DNA of 58,162 bases from Nitrospirota bacterium (GTDB taxonomy: Bacteria > Nitrospirota > Nitrospiria > Nitrospirales > Nitrospiraceae): assembly GCA_026387615.1 (NCBI GenBank), contig JAPLLI010000064.1, forward strand, positions 1 to 58,162. The letters run 5' to 3'. The position numbers and the translations under genes are program-made. The notes under the pieces were generated by a model. The model made no database searches and had not been told where the DNA came from. It was given only the letters and a program-made list of their open reading frames with translations. The first letter of the stretch is position 1. Every line of letters starts with the position of its first letter. Shown one piece after another: positions 43,979 to 52,935 of the stretch.

Positions 43979-44617
43979 TTATAACTCCGGGCTGACGCGG
44001 CGCTTCGGCCAATGGGACCAGAGAAAATAGCCCACCATGAGCGCGAGGCTCAAGCCGATCACGACATCGAACTGATGAAAATAGTCTCTCAGGTGCTCCC
44101 ATTCTTCTCCCATCTTCACGCCGATATAGGCCAGGAGGTAGCACCAGGGCAGCGCGCCGAAAAATGTGAAGAGGATAAACCGGTGAATGTTCATGCCGGC
44201 GATGCCAGCCGGGAGCGAGATGAAGGTCCGGACGACCGGGAGCATCCGGCCGAAAAATACCGCGGCCTCGCCATACTTGGCGAACCAGCGGTCCGCCGTC
44301 TCGATGTCTGCTCGCGAGACCAACACATAGGGCCCATAGCGCTCGACGAAGGGCCGACCGCCCCACACACCGGCATAGTAGGCCGCCACCGACCCCACGA
44401 CGTTTCCGATTGCACCGGCCAGGGTCACGCCCAGCATCGTGAATTGCCCTGAGGCCACGAGGTACCCGGCAAAGGGCATGATGATCTCGCTGGGCAAAGG
44501 AATGCAGGCGCTTTCAATAGCCATGGTCAGGAGAATGCCGGCATAGCCGAACGTCGAGATCATCGACACGATAAACCGGCTGAGCTCTGTAATGATGGCT
44601 TCGATCAGATTCCCCAC
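43979..44617 (-). CDS. DedA-family (SNARE-associated) membrane protein
   Basis: YAGILLTMAIESACIPLPSEIIMPFAGYL and FGRMLPVVRTFISLPAG. I prefer the in-frame GTG at 44617 (GAGGAG about 9 nt upstream, just past the surE stop) over the ORF-track ATG 44698, which would overlap surE by 76 nt. Confidence 0.75.
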   Translation of the reverse strand: MGNLIEAIITELSRFIVSMISTFGYAGILLTMAIESACIPLPSEIIMPFAGYLVASGQFTMLGVTLAGAIGNVVGSVAAYYAGVWGGRPFVERYGPYVLVSRADIETADRWFAKYGEAAVFFGRMLPVVRTFISLPAGIAGMNIHRFILFTFFGALPWCYLLAYIGVKMGEEWEHLRDYFHQFDVVIGLSLALMVGYFLWSHWPKRRVSPEL

Positions 44618-44622
44618 GGCAC

Positions 44623-45426
44623 CTAGCTCCTCTTCTTGCCCTTCGGCTTTGACGTCACAGCCGCCCGCCGAGCCGCTGGACGAGGCACCGTCTCCCATTT
44701 CCGGAATCGATCCAACGCCCCATGATTCGTCGTATCGAGATGAATGGGCGTGAGCGAGACCGCCCCCTGCTCCAGCGCCTCATGGTCGGCATCCTTGCTT
44801 CGGCTCCAGGAGATACGGGTCCCGGCAATCCAATAGTAGGTCCTGCCTCGCGGATCGACCTTCTCGATGATCGGATTGTCGAACCGTCTGCGGCTGAGAC
44901 AGGTCACGCGAACTCCCGTGATGGAGCCAAAGGGACGATCGGGAATATTCAGATTGACCAATGTTTCGTCCGGCAACCCATCTTTGAGAATCAATCGGGC
45001 GATGCGAACGGCATAGCGGGCTCCCGCGTCGAAATGAAACCGTTCCTGCCCCTCCTGCGAGACAGCCATGGAGGGAATACCCAGGATCGTCCCTTCCATC
45101 GCGCCCGAGACCGTTCCGGAATATAAGACGTCGTCCCCCAGATTTACACCCCTGTTGATTCCTGACACGAGGAGATCTGGCGGTCCCGGCAGCAGTTTCA
45201 GTACGGCCAAATTGACACAATCGACCGGCGTGCCACTCACGGCATAGACCCGCTTCCCCAACTCTTGTACCCGGAGTGGTTTATGGAGCGTCACTGCATG
45301 GGCCGCGGCGGTCCTCTCGCGATCCGGGGCCACCACCCAGACCTCGCCCACCTTGGACAGGGCCTTGGCCAGCGCCGTCAATCCAGGCGAGAGAATCCCG
45401 TCATCGTTGGTAACCAAAATGCGCAT
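44623..45426 (-). CDS. surE: 5'/3'-nucleotidase SurE
   Basis: MRILVTNDDGILSPGL and SGINRGVNLGDDVLYSGTV. Confidence 0.95.
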   Translation of the reverse strand: MRILVTNDDGILSPGLTALAKALSKVGEVWVVAPDRERTAAAHAVTLHKPLRVQELGKRVYAVSGTPVDCVNLAVLKLLPGPPDLLVSGINRGVNLGDDVLYSGTVSGAMEGTILGIPSMAVSQEGQERFHFDAGARYAVRIARLILKDGLPDETLVNLNIPDRPFGSITGVRVTCLSRRRFDNPIIEKVDPRGRTYYWIAGTRISWSRSKDADHEALEQGAVSLTPIHLDTTNHGALDRFRKWETVPRPAARRAAVTSKPKGKKRS

Positions 45427-45435
45427 AGATCCCTT

Positions 45436-45463
45436 AAAAACAAAAAAGCTGCCGGCGGCAGCT
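45436..45463 (-). terminator. Intrinsic terminator after tRNA-Pro
   Basis: agctgcc-ggc-ggcagct (7-bp stem, 3-nt loop, 45447-45463), followed on the minus strand by TTTTTTGTTTTT. Confidence 0.6.
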
Positions 45464-45471
45464 CTCTGGTT

Positions 45472-45532
45472 CAGTGCTGAGTGCTGAGAACCGAATCCCC
45501 GGCTATCCTGTTCGTCTCAGTCCTCAGCACTC
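45472..45532. repeat. Family-4 heptamer hairpin (GTGCTGA arms)
   Basis: Left arm cagtgctgagtgctgaga, right arm tctcagtcctcagcactc, with a loop of about 25 nt. It lies between the tRNA 3' end and the terminator. Confidence 0.75.
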
Positions 45533-45539
45533 TATATTT

Positions 45540-45616
45540 TGGTCGGGGCGAGCCGATTTGAACGGCCGACCACTCGCACCCCAAGCGAGTACGCTACCGG
45601 GCTGCGCCACGCCCCG
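45540..45616 (-). tRNA. tRNA-Pro (anticodon GGG)
   Basis: The reverse complement reads CGGGGCGTGGCGCAGCCCGGTAGCGTACTCGCTTGGGGTGCGAGTGGTCGGCCGTTCAAATCGGCTCGCCCCGACCA. It has a 7-bp acceptor stem, a D-arm GCGCAGCCCGGTAGCG, the anticodon loop TTGGGGT, a T-arm GTTCAAATC and an encoded CCA. Confidence 0.9.
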
Positions 45617-45710
45617 ACACGCTCTATTCAATTTCACACCGTCCCGCCCATTGTCTCCTTGAAGGGGCCTGGAATGCAACCAGCTTGCAAGGGACAGTTT
45701 GGGACCATCG

Positions 45711-46061
45711 TCAGGCTGAATGCGACTCCAAAATCTTGAGAATCGCCTGGAGATTCCCTCGCAGTTTCTGCGCGAGTTCTTTCGGGCGCATCTGCTGGCT
45801 GGCCACTCTGCCTCGCCTGGCCCAATAGCGCTTCACGCCCGCGAGGGTATGGCCCTCTTCATACAGCATCCGCTTAATTTCCAGCACCGTTTCAATTTCA
45901 CGCCTGACGTAAAGCCGCTGATTCCCACGACTTTTCTTAGGCTTGAGAAACGGGAACTCTGATTCCCAGAATCGCAGCACATAGGCTGGCAACTTGGCGA
46001 TCTGGCTGACTTCGCCGATCTTATAAAAAACCTTGCTGCCCAGCCTGGGCTCGTTCCCCAT
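45711..46061 (-). CDS. MerR-family HTH transcriptional regulator
   Basis: FYKIGEVSQIAKLPAYVLRFWESEFPFLKPKKSRGNQRLYVRREIETVLEIKRMLYEEGHTLAGVK. Confidence 0.8.
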   Translation of the reverse strand: MGNEPRLGSKVFYKIGEVSQIAKLPAYVLRFWESEFPFLKPKKSRGNQRLYVRREIETVLEIKRMLYEEGHTLAGVKRYWARRGRVASQQMRPKELAQKLRGNLQAILKILESHSA

Positions 46062-46090
46062 GACCGGTCCTCGTGGTGGGATGAGTTAAG

Positions 46091-46219
46091 GTGAGTGAAC
46101 GCCCCCTTATGCAGCACTTCTTTCAGCATATTCAACACGAGCTCGACGATATCTGCGGCTTCATTCTTCGAAATACCGACCTGCTTGTAGATCTCGTTCG
46201 CGATGTCCGCCTTCCTCAT
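46091..46219 (-). pseudogene. N-terminal ~43 codons of an IHF/HU-family gene; the beta-arm/C-terminal part is missing
   Basis: MRKADIANEIYKQVGISKNEAADIVELVLNMLKEVLHKG matches IHF-alpha/HU helices 1-2. After that the frame runs into non-homologous sequence and overlaps merR out of frame. A strong RBS (GGAGGGGG) is retained. Confidence 0.5.
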
Positions 46220-46357
46220 GCTTCCCCCTCCGATGCCTCTACAAGCTCCTCGAACGGCCGGCGCTCAGTCCGACCCGCCAGATCGGCAGTTTCGCCATAA
46301 GTTACGTGAGGTTAGGTAGGCTGTCAAGGACAAACATGCAAGATTTGCCCGCACTCG

Positions 46358-47992
46358 TTAGTCTTTGGCAAGTAATTTGTATTCGATGCTGTCCGCCAGG
46401 GCCTGCCAGCTCGCTTCCATGATGTTTTCAGAGACGCCGACCGTGCCCCATTTATCCGTATGGTCGCCCGATTCAATCAACACCCGGACCTTGGACTCAG
46501 TTCCGCGATTGGCCGACAGCACCCTTACTTTATAATCCAGCAATTTCACTTCTTTAAGCTGGGGATAGAACTTTTCCAGCGCTTTCCGCAAGGCATGGTC
46601 CAACGCATTGACCGGACCGGCCCCTGACGCCGCCGCATGTTCCACCACCTCGCCGACCTTCACCATGACCGTGGCCTCCGACAGCATGGCCCCTTGATCC
46701 TGTTTTTTCTCGACGATCACCCGAAAGCCCAGAAGCTGGAAGGATGGCTTGTGAGTCCCCATCGCTTTCCGCATGAGCAACTCGAAAGAGCCTTCCGCCG
46801 CCTCAAACTGATAGCCCTCGCTCTCACGCTCCTTCAACACGTCCATCAATTCCTGCAGCTTGGCGTGACCCTTGTCCAGTTTGATCCCGTAGGCCTCGAC
46901 CTTTTCCAGCAGCCCGCTCCGCCCCGCCGCATCCGACACCAACATCCGCTGACGGTTCCCGACCAACTTGGGAATCACATGTTCATAAGTCGCGGGATTC
47001 TTCAACACGGCATGGATATGAATCCCTCCCTTATGGGCGAAGGCTGAATCTCCCACATAGGGCTGGTGCGTATTGGGCATGAGGTTCGCGATCTCAGTCA
47101 CGAATCCGGACACCTGCTTGAGATGGCTCAACCGGTCCCCCAGCACCGGCCGCTTCATCTTCAGTTCAAGGTTGGGAAGGATCGAGCAGAGATTCGCATT
47201 GCCGCACCGCTCGCCGATCCCATTAATCGTCCCCTGTACTTGGACGATGCCGGTTTCGATCGCCATCAGCGAATTCGCGACAGCCATTTCACAATCGTTG
47301 TGGGCATGAATCCCCAGGGGCACGGCACATTCCCGCCGAACAACCTGGCAGATCTCTTTAATTTCCCACGGCATCGTCCCGCCATTGGTGTCGCAGAGAA
47401 TCACCCGTTCGGCGCCGGCTGCCACCGCCTGGCGGATGGTTTCCAATGCATAGTCGGGATTGGTCTTGTATCCGTCGAAAAAATGCTCCGCATCGTAGAA
47501 CAGTCTCCGGCCTTTTGAGCGGAGATAGGCCACGGAATCGCCGATGAGCTCCAGATTCTTCGCCAGGGAAATGTTCAGCGCGTCCGTGACGTGCAGCGAC
47601 CAGCTTTTCCCGAAGAGCGTGATCACCTGGGTCTCTGCGTCCAGCAACGACTTGATATTCGGGTCGTCCTGTACCGCATTGCTGGCTTTTCTCGTCGACC
47701 CGAAGGCCACGACCGTCGCCGTCTGCAACGGCACCCTCTTGATCATCCGGAAAAACTCGATGTCTTTGGGATTCGCGCCGGGCCATCCGCCTTCGATAAA
47801 CTGCACGCCCAGCCCGTCCAGCTGCTGCGCGACCCGCACCTTGTCTTCCACCGAGAAACTGACATCCTCAGCCTGAGCCCCGTCGCGCAAGGTGGTGTCG
47901 TAGATTTCCAATGCCGCTTGCGGGATAGCAGGAGCGGGCGACGAAACCGGCTGGCCGTGAGAGGATCCTGATTGTGGTGTTTTTCGAGCCAT
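46358..47992 (-). CDS. cimA: (R)-citramalate synthase (LeuA/CimA family, CimA-type)
   Basis: IYDTTLRDGAQAEDVSFSVEDKVRVAQQLDGLGVQFIEGGWPGANPKDIEFF, HAHNDCEMAVANS and a C-terminal LeuA-dimer-like domain. Start trimmed to ATG 47992, downstream of the lysC stop. Confidence 0.8.
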   Translation of the reverse strand: MARKTPQSGSSHGQPVSSPAPAIPQAALEIYDTTLRDGAQAEDVSFSVEDKVRVAQQLDGLGVQFIEGGWPGANPKDIEFFRMIKRVPLQTATVVAFGSTRKASNAVQDDPNIKSLLDAETQVITLFGKSWSLHVTDALNISLAKNLELIGDSVAYLRSKGRRLFYDAEHFFDGYKTNPDYALETIRQAVAAGAERVILCDTNGGTMPWEIKEICQVVRRECAVPLGIHAHNDCEMAVANSLMAIETGIVQVQGTINGIGERCGNANLCSILPNLELKMKRPVLGDRLSHLKQVSGFVTEIANLMPNTHQPYVGDSAFAHKGGIHIHAVLKNPATYEHVIPKLVGNRQRMLVSDAAGRSGLLEKVEAYGIKLDKGHAKLQELMDVLKERESEGYQFEAAEGSFELLMRKAMGTHKPSFQLLGFRVIVEKKQDQGAMLSEATVMVKVGEVVEHAAASGAGPVNALDHALRKALEKFYPQLKEVKLLDYKVRVLSANRGTESKVRVLIESGDHTDKWGTVGVSENIMEASWQALADSIEYKLLAKD

Positions 47993-48044
47993 CGTAAAAG
48001 GTACCAGCGACAGGCCATCCTGCCGACATTCACGTTTCGAAAAC

Positions 48045-49289
48045 TTATGACTTCGCGGGGCGGCTCTCTGCCGGCGACTGATCCAGGCCGAACGCGGTGT
48101 GGAGCGAACGCATGGCGAGCTCAACATATTTTTCATCGATGACGCAGGAGATCTTGATCTCCGACGTGCTGATCATGAGGATGTTCACGCCTTCCCGCGA
48201 CAAGACGTCGAACATCTTGGCCGCGACTCCCGAATGGGAACGCATCCCGACGCCGACCAGCGAGACCTTGGCGATGGCCTCGGTCACGGCCACCGATTTC
48301 GCCTCGATCCCCTTCGCCACATCCTGGATGATCGGCAGGGCTTTCGTGATATCCACCCGTGGAATCGTGAAGGAAATATCCGTCAGGCCGGACTGGCTCA
48401 TATTCTGGATGATCATATCGACGTTGATGTGGGCCTTGGCCACCAGCCCGAAAACTTTAGATGCAATGCCCGGCTTGTCCGGCACGCCCACGATCGTGAT
48501 TTTGGCCTGATTCCGATCACCGGTCACTCCCGACACCGCGACCGCTTCCATATCCTCATCTTCACGCGTCACGAGCGTCCCATTTCCTTCTTTGAAGCTG
48601 GAGTTCACTTCCACCGGCACATTGAACTTCGCCGCAAATTCGACCGACCGGCTCTGCAACACTTTCGCTCCCAGACTGGCCATCTCCAGCATTTCCTCAT
48701 AGGAAATCTTGTCGATGCGACGAGCCGTCGGCACAATGTTGGGGTCCGAGGTGTAGACGCCATCGACATCGGTAAAGATGATGCACCGGTCAGCCTTCAG
48801 CGCCGCCGCCAGCGCGACCGCGGTGAGATCGGAGCCTCCGCGCCCCAGCGTCGTGACATCCGACTGTTCGTTGATCCCTTGAAACCCGGCGACCACCGGG
48901 ATGACCCCTTTGTGCAGGGCCTCGCGAATGCGATCGGCCACCACCTTGGTGATCCGCGCTTTCGTATGGGCGCTGTCGGTCATGATCCCGACCTGGCGGC
49001 CCGTAAAGGAGCGGGCATCGAGCCCCCGGGCCCGCAAGGCCATCGCCAACAACGCGATGGTCACCCGCTCTCCGGTGGACAGGAGCATATCGAGCTCGCG
49101 GTCGTCCGGAAGCGCGGTCACTTCGTGCGCCAACCGGAGCAGCCGATCCGTTTCTCCGCTCATCGCGGACAGGACGACGACGACGCGATGGCCCTCTTTA
49201 TGAGCCTTCTCGACTCGTTCGGCCACGCAGCGAATCCGCTCGATCGTGCCGACGGATGTCCCCCCGTATTTCTGAACAATCAACGCCAC
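48045..49289 (-). CDS. lysC: Aspartate kinase (monofunctional, two ACT domains)
   Basis: [31 protein letters not shown] and C-terminal tandem ACT regions. Confidence 0.95.
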   Translation of the reverse strand: MALIVQKYGGTSVGTIERIRCVAERVEKAHKEGHRVVVVLSAMSGETDRLLRLAHEVTALPDDRELDMLLSTGERVTIALLAMALRARGLDARSFTGRQVGIMTDSAHTKARITKVVADRIREALHKGVIPVVAGFQGINEQSDVTTLGRGGSDLTAVALAAALKADRCIIFTDVDGVYTSDPNIVPTARRIDKISYEEMLEMASLGAKVLQSRSVEFAAKFNVPVEVNSSFKEGNGTLVTREDEDMEAVAVSGVTGDRNQAKITIVGVPDKPGIASKVFGLVAKAHINVDMIIQNMSQSGLTDISFTIPRVDITKALPIIQDVAKGIEAKSVAVTEAIAKVSLVGVGMRSHSGVAAKMFDVLSREGVNILMISTSEIKISCVIDEKYVELAMRSLHTAFGLDQSPAESRPAKS

Positions 49290-49294
49290 GTCCG

Positions 49295-50536
49295 TCAGGA
49301 TCCTTTTGCGAACAATCGCACGACGAACTTCGTTGCATCACGAGGAGGCACCGTCGAGGCCTGCGCCTCGGCCTCGGTAAATCTCTGTCCGGTCCCGGCA
49401 GGGGCGGCCACCGCACTGTCACGATAAGCGAAGAACCCGGGGCTCTCCGCCCCCTGTCCCTGCTGCACGTTACCCGCATCGCAGAAGGCCGCAATACGAT
49501 GGGACCCCAGCTTGGTTACCCCTTCGAGCAAGGGCCCGACCAGCTCGCGATCGACCGCTTCGATCGCCTTCACCTTGGCCACGACATCCGACCCGTAGAC
49601 CACCTCATCCGGCAACTCCACATGCACATAGGCAAAATCATTCTTCTTCAATTCTTCCAGCGCAACCGCCGCTTGAGCGCGAAGACCCCCCTCGGCCAAG
49701 CGCGCCCCCTCAACGACTGCAAGCCCGGCCATGCTGCCCAGCCCGCGATGGACATCGCTCTGCGAGACCACCACGCCGGCCGTCTTAAATCGCTCAGACA
49801 GGCTGGGCCAAAACACGGCCCGGCCTTGACCCCAGAGCCAGAGACAATTGGCAGGTTTCTGCCCCGCCTTGCTCCGTTCCTCGTTCAGCGGATGATCGCG
49901 CAGGATCTGAAACGAGGCATCCATCAGTTGCCACAGAATGTCGGCGCCCTCTCCAGCCGGCAGGGCCTCGGCAATCGGTCGACCGACGAGCGATTGCGGA
50001 TCCTGACAGACCGCGCGCGACTTCCCGTTGACCCACACCATAAGATGACGGTGGCCTAACCCGGGATAGAACTGAATCATCTCCGACCCGAGCTGCTCAT
50101 TGATCGCCTCGATCAATTCACGCGCCTCTTCCGTCGAGATCAACCCGGCGGTCGCATCGTCCATCGCCATATGCAGCCCCAGCTTTTTGATTTCGTTCAA
50201 TCCACCCTTCGCCCCGGACTGCGCATCGGCCCGCAAAGTGACCATCGTGCAACGATACACCACATCATGCTCGCCGACCGCGACGCCCAGGCTGGCGGCT
50301 TCAAACGGACCGGGACCCTGGTAATATTTTTTGGGGTCGTACCCAAGAATGGCCGTCCCCGTCAAACCGCTCCCACGGCGCACACCATCGGTCACCGCGC
50401 CCAGGAGCCCCAACTCACCCCCTTGCGCGAGGCGATCAAGGTTCGGAGTCGCGGCTGCTTGAAGAGGAGTCCGCCCGCCCAATTCCTGCCGGGGCTGGTC
50501 AGCCATCCCGTCGGCATGGAGAATCACATATTTCAT
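49295..50536 (-). CDS. Cofactor-independent phosphoglycerate mutase family protein (ApgM-like; the 'proposed homoserine kinase' clade)
   Basis: [15 protein letters not shown]...[17 protein letters not shown], plus its position between thrC and lysC. Confidence 0.75.
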   Translation of the reverse strand: MKYVILHADGMADQPRQELGGRTPLQAAATPNLDRLAQGGELGLLGAVTDGVRRGSGLTGTAILGYDPKKYYQGPGPFEAASLGVAVGEHDVVYRCTMVTLRADAQSGAKGGLNEIKKLGLHMAMDDATAGLISTEEARELIEAINEQLGSEMIQFYPGLGHRHLMVWVNGKSRAVCQDPQSLVGRPIAEALPAGEGADILWQLMDASFQILRDHPLNEERSKAGQKPANCLWLWGQGRAVFWPSLSERFKTAGVVVSQSDVHRGLGSMAGLAVVEGARLAEGGLRAQAAVALEELKKNDFAYVHVELPDEVVYGSDVVAKVKAIEAVDRELVGPLLEGVTKLGSHRIAAFCDAGNVQQGQGAESPGFFAYRDSAVAAPAGTGQRFTEAEAQASTVPPRDATKFVVRLFAKGS

Positions 50537-50558
50537 CGAAGCCCTGCGCTCATTGTAT

Positions 50559-51617
50559 CTACACCCTTAAAAGACGAGCGACATCCTCCCGCGTCGCTCT
50601 AACGGTTTTCGGTTGAACCGATACACTAATCGCCGTATCGGCATCTTTCAACCCATGGCCTGTCAAGGTGCAGACCACCGTCTCGCCTTCGCGCAGCCCG
50701 CCCTGCTTGCTCAACTTCATCACCCCGGCCACCGACGCGGCGGACGCCGGCTCACAGAAGACGCCTTCCGTCGCGGCCACCGTCCGATAGGCCTGCAGAA
50801 TTTCCTCGTCCGTGACCGAATCGATCGCCCCGGACGATTCCTTCACGGCATTCAACGCCGCTTGCCAGCTGGCCGGATTGCCGATCCTGATCGCGGTGGC
50901 CACGGTCTGCGGATTCTCCACGATATGGCCCAGCACGATGGGCGCCGCCCCGGAGGCCTGAAACCCGATCATGCGCGGGAGTTTCGTGGAGAGATTGGCC
51001 GCATGGTATTCCTGATACCCCTTCCAATAGGCGGTAATGTTGCCGGCATTCCCGACCGGCAGCACATGAATCGTCGGGGCATCGCCAAGCTGATCACAGA
51101 CCTCCATCGCAGCAGTCTTCTGCCCCTCGATCCGATAGGGATTGAGCGAGTTGACCAGCTCGATATGGTGGCTCACCGACAGTTCTTTCACGATGGTCAG
51201 GGCCTGGTCGAAATTTCCTTCAATCTGGATGACCGTGGCTTGATGCATCATGGCCTGGGACAGCTTGCCCATCGCAATCTTCCCGGCAGGGATCAAGACA
51301 TAAACCGCCAGCCCGGCCCGCGCCCCATAGGCTGCGGCAGAGGCGGACGTATTCCCCGTGGAGGCGCAAATCACCGCCTTGGCACCGGATTCCACGGCCT
51401 TTGAAATGGCCATCGTCATGCCACGATCCTTGAACGATCCCGTGGGGTTCATGCCTTCGAATTTGAGATAGAGATCGATGCCGGGCGCGATCTGCTGGGC
51501 CAGCCTCGTCGCCCTGATGAGCGGGGTATTCCCCTCTCCCAGCGTCACCACGGGAGTCCGTTCGGTCACCGGCAGAAACTTCCGATATTCTTCGATCAGG
51601 CCACGCCAACGGGTCAT
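50559..51617 (-). CDS. thrC: Threonine synthase
   Basis: [26 protein letters not shown] (PLP lysine), [12 protein letters not shown]. Confidence 0.95.
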   Translation of the reverse strand: MTRWRGLIEEYRKFLPVTERTPVVTLGEGNTPLIRATRLAQQIAPGIDLYLKFEGMNPTGSFKDRGMTMAISKAVESGAKAVICASTGNTSASAAAYGARAGLAVYVLIPAGKIAMGKLSQAMMHQATVIQIEGNFDQALTIVKELSVSHHIELVNSLNPYRIEGQKTAAMEVCDQLGDAPTIHVLPVGNAGNITAYWKGYQEYHAANLSTKLPRMIGFQASGAAPIVLGHIVENPQTVATAIRIGNPASWQAALNAVKESSGAIDSVTDEEILQAYRTVAATEGVFCEPASAASVAGVMKLSKQGGLREGETVVCTLTGHGLKDADTAISVSVQPKTVRATREDVARLLRV

Positions 51618-51621
51618 CGCA

Positions 51622-52935
51622 TCACTCGTCCTTGCCCTCGACGCGAATCAACGTCGTCGGCTCTGAAATAAAGGCCATCTGGTTGATCGCGCGCAAGGCC
51701 GTTTGCACATCGCGCTCCATCGCCATATGGGTCTTGATCACGACCGGAACCGTCTGCCCCTCGCGCCGTCCCTGCTGGAGAACGGACGAAATACTGATGC
51801 CGCATCGGCCCAACTCCCCTGCGATCTGCGACAAGACACCAGGGCGGTCCAATACCATAAAGCGCAAGTAATACAACGAGCTGATCTCTTCCATCGGCCT
51901 CATCCGAAGCGGCCGACGCTGGTCCTGCTGGAAGGAGGCGGGTGGCACTCGCCCCACCGCGCCCTTCATCAAATTGCGCGAAATGGCAATGAGATCGCTG
52001 ACCACCGCACTGCCGGTCGGTAGGGATCCGGCGCCCCGGCCATAGAGCACCACATCGCCCACGGCATCGCCCACGAATTGAATGGCGTTGTAAACCCCTT
52101 CGACCTGAGCGAGCGGAGACGAAGAGGGCAGCATCGTGGGATGCACGCGGGCTTCGACTTCGTTGCCCACCAGCTTGGCAATGCCCAACAGCTTGATCGT
52201 GCAACCGAACTCTTTGGCGTATGCGATATCCAGCGGCGTAATGTGGGTGATGCCCTCGGTGTACACATCTTTGAAATTGACCGGCGTGCCATAGGCCAGC
52301 GCCACGAGGATCGCCAGCTTGTGTGCCGAATCGATGCCTGCCACGTCAAAAGTCGGATCCGCTTCGGCATAGCCGGCCTGCTTCGCATCGCCGAGCACCG
52401 AGTCAAAACTCTGCCCCTCATGGGTCATGCGCGAAAGGATGTAGTTGGCCGTCCCGTTAATGATCCCGTAAATGGACTCGATGGTGTTGGCTGCCAACCC
52501 TTCCCGCAACGCCTGAATGACGGGAATCCCCCCTCCCACGCTCGCCTCGAAACCGATGTCGATGCCCTTGCGGGAGGCCGCCGCAAAAATTTCTTCGCCG
52601 TGCAACGCGAGCAGGGCCTTATTGGCGGTGACGACCTGTTTGCCTGCCGCAATCGCGTCCAGAATGATACGCTTGGCGAAATCGCAGCCCCCGACCAGCT
52701 CCACGACGATATCGATCGACGGATCGTTGAGAATCTGTTTCGCATCAGTCGTCAGGACGCCGGGCGGCAAGGCCAGGCCCCGGTCCTTGATCACATCCAA
52801 GTCTGCAATCCTGACGATCTCGATCGGCACTCCGACACGACGGCTGATCAAGGCAGCCTGCTCCAATAGAATCTTTGCGACCCCTGTTCCGACCGTGCCG
52901 AGCCCGATGATACCGACGCCCACGCGCGAGATCAT
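51622..52935 (-). CDS. hom: Homoserine dehydrogenase
   Basis: [16 protein letters not shown]-binding motif, a catalytic domain, and a C-terminal ACT domain. Confidence 0.95.
   Translation of the reverse strand: MISRVGVGIIGLGTVGTGVAKILLEQAALISRRVGVPIEIVRIADLDVIKDRGLALPPGVLTTDAKQILNDPSIDIVVELVGGCDFAKRIILDAIAAGKQVVTANKALLALHGEEIFAAASRKGIDIGFEASVGGGIPVIQALREGLAANTIESIYGIINGTANYILSRMTHEGQSFDSVLGDAKQAGYAEADPTFDVAGIDSAHKLAILVALAYGTPVNFKDVYTEGITHITPLDIAYAKEFGCTIKLLGIAKLVGNEVEARVHPTMLPSSSPLAQVEGVYNAIQFVGDAVGDVVLYGRGAGSLPTGSAVVSDLIAISRNLMKGAVGRVPPASFQQDQRRPLRMRPMEEISSLYYLRFMVLDRPGVLSQIAGELGRCGISISSVLQQGRREGQTVPVVIKTHMAMERDVQTALRAINQMAFISEPTTLIRVEGKDE

Noticed and set aside
44617-44698. An apparent one-base discrepancy between my manual base counting and the ORF track around the surE/dedA junction (a run of C near 44638-44641), which would imply a frameshift or a surE-dedA fusion
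   Set aside because: Both ORF-track translations are internally consistent and both have the expected family features. The discrepancy is most likely my own counting error, so ORF-track coordinates were used.
45833-46090. 3' two-thirds of the 128-aa ORF that begins with the IHF-like segment
   Set aside because: It has no homology signal and overlaps the well-supported MerR gene in a different frame. It is treated as read-through of a truncated gene, not as coding sequence.
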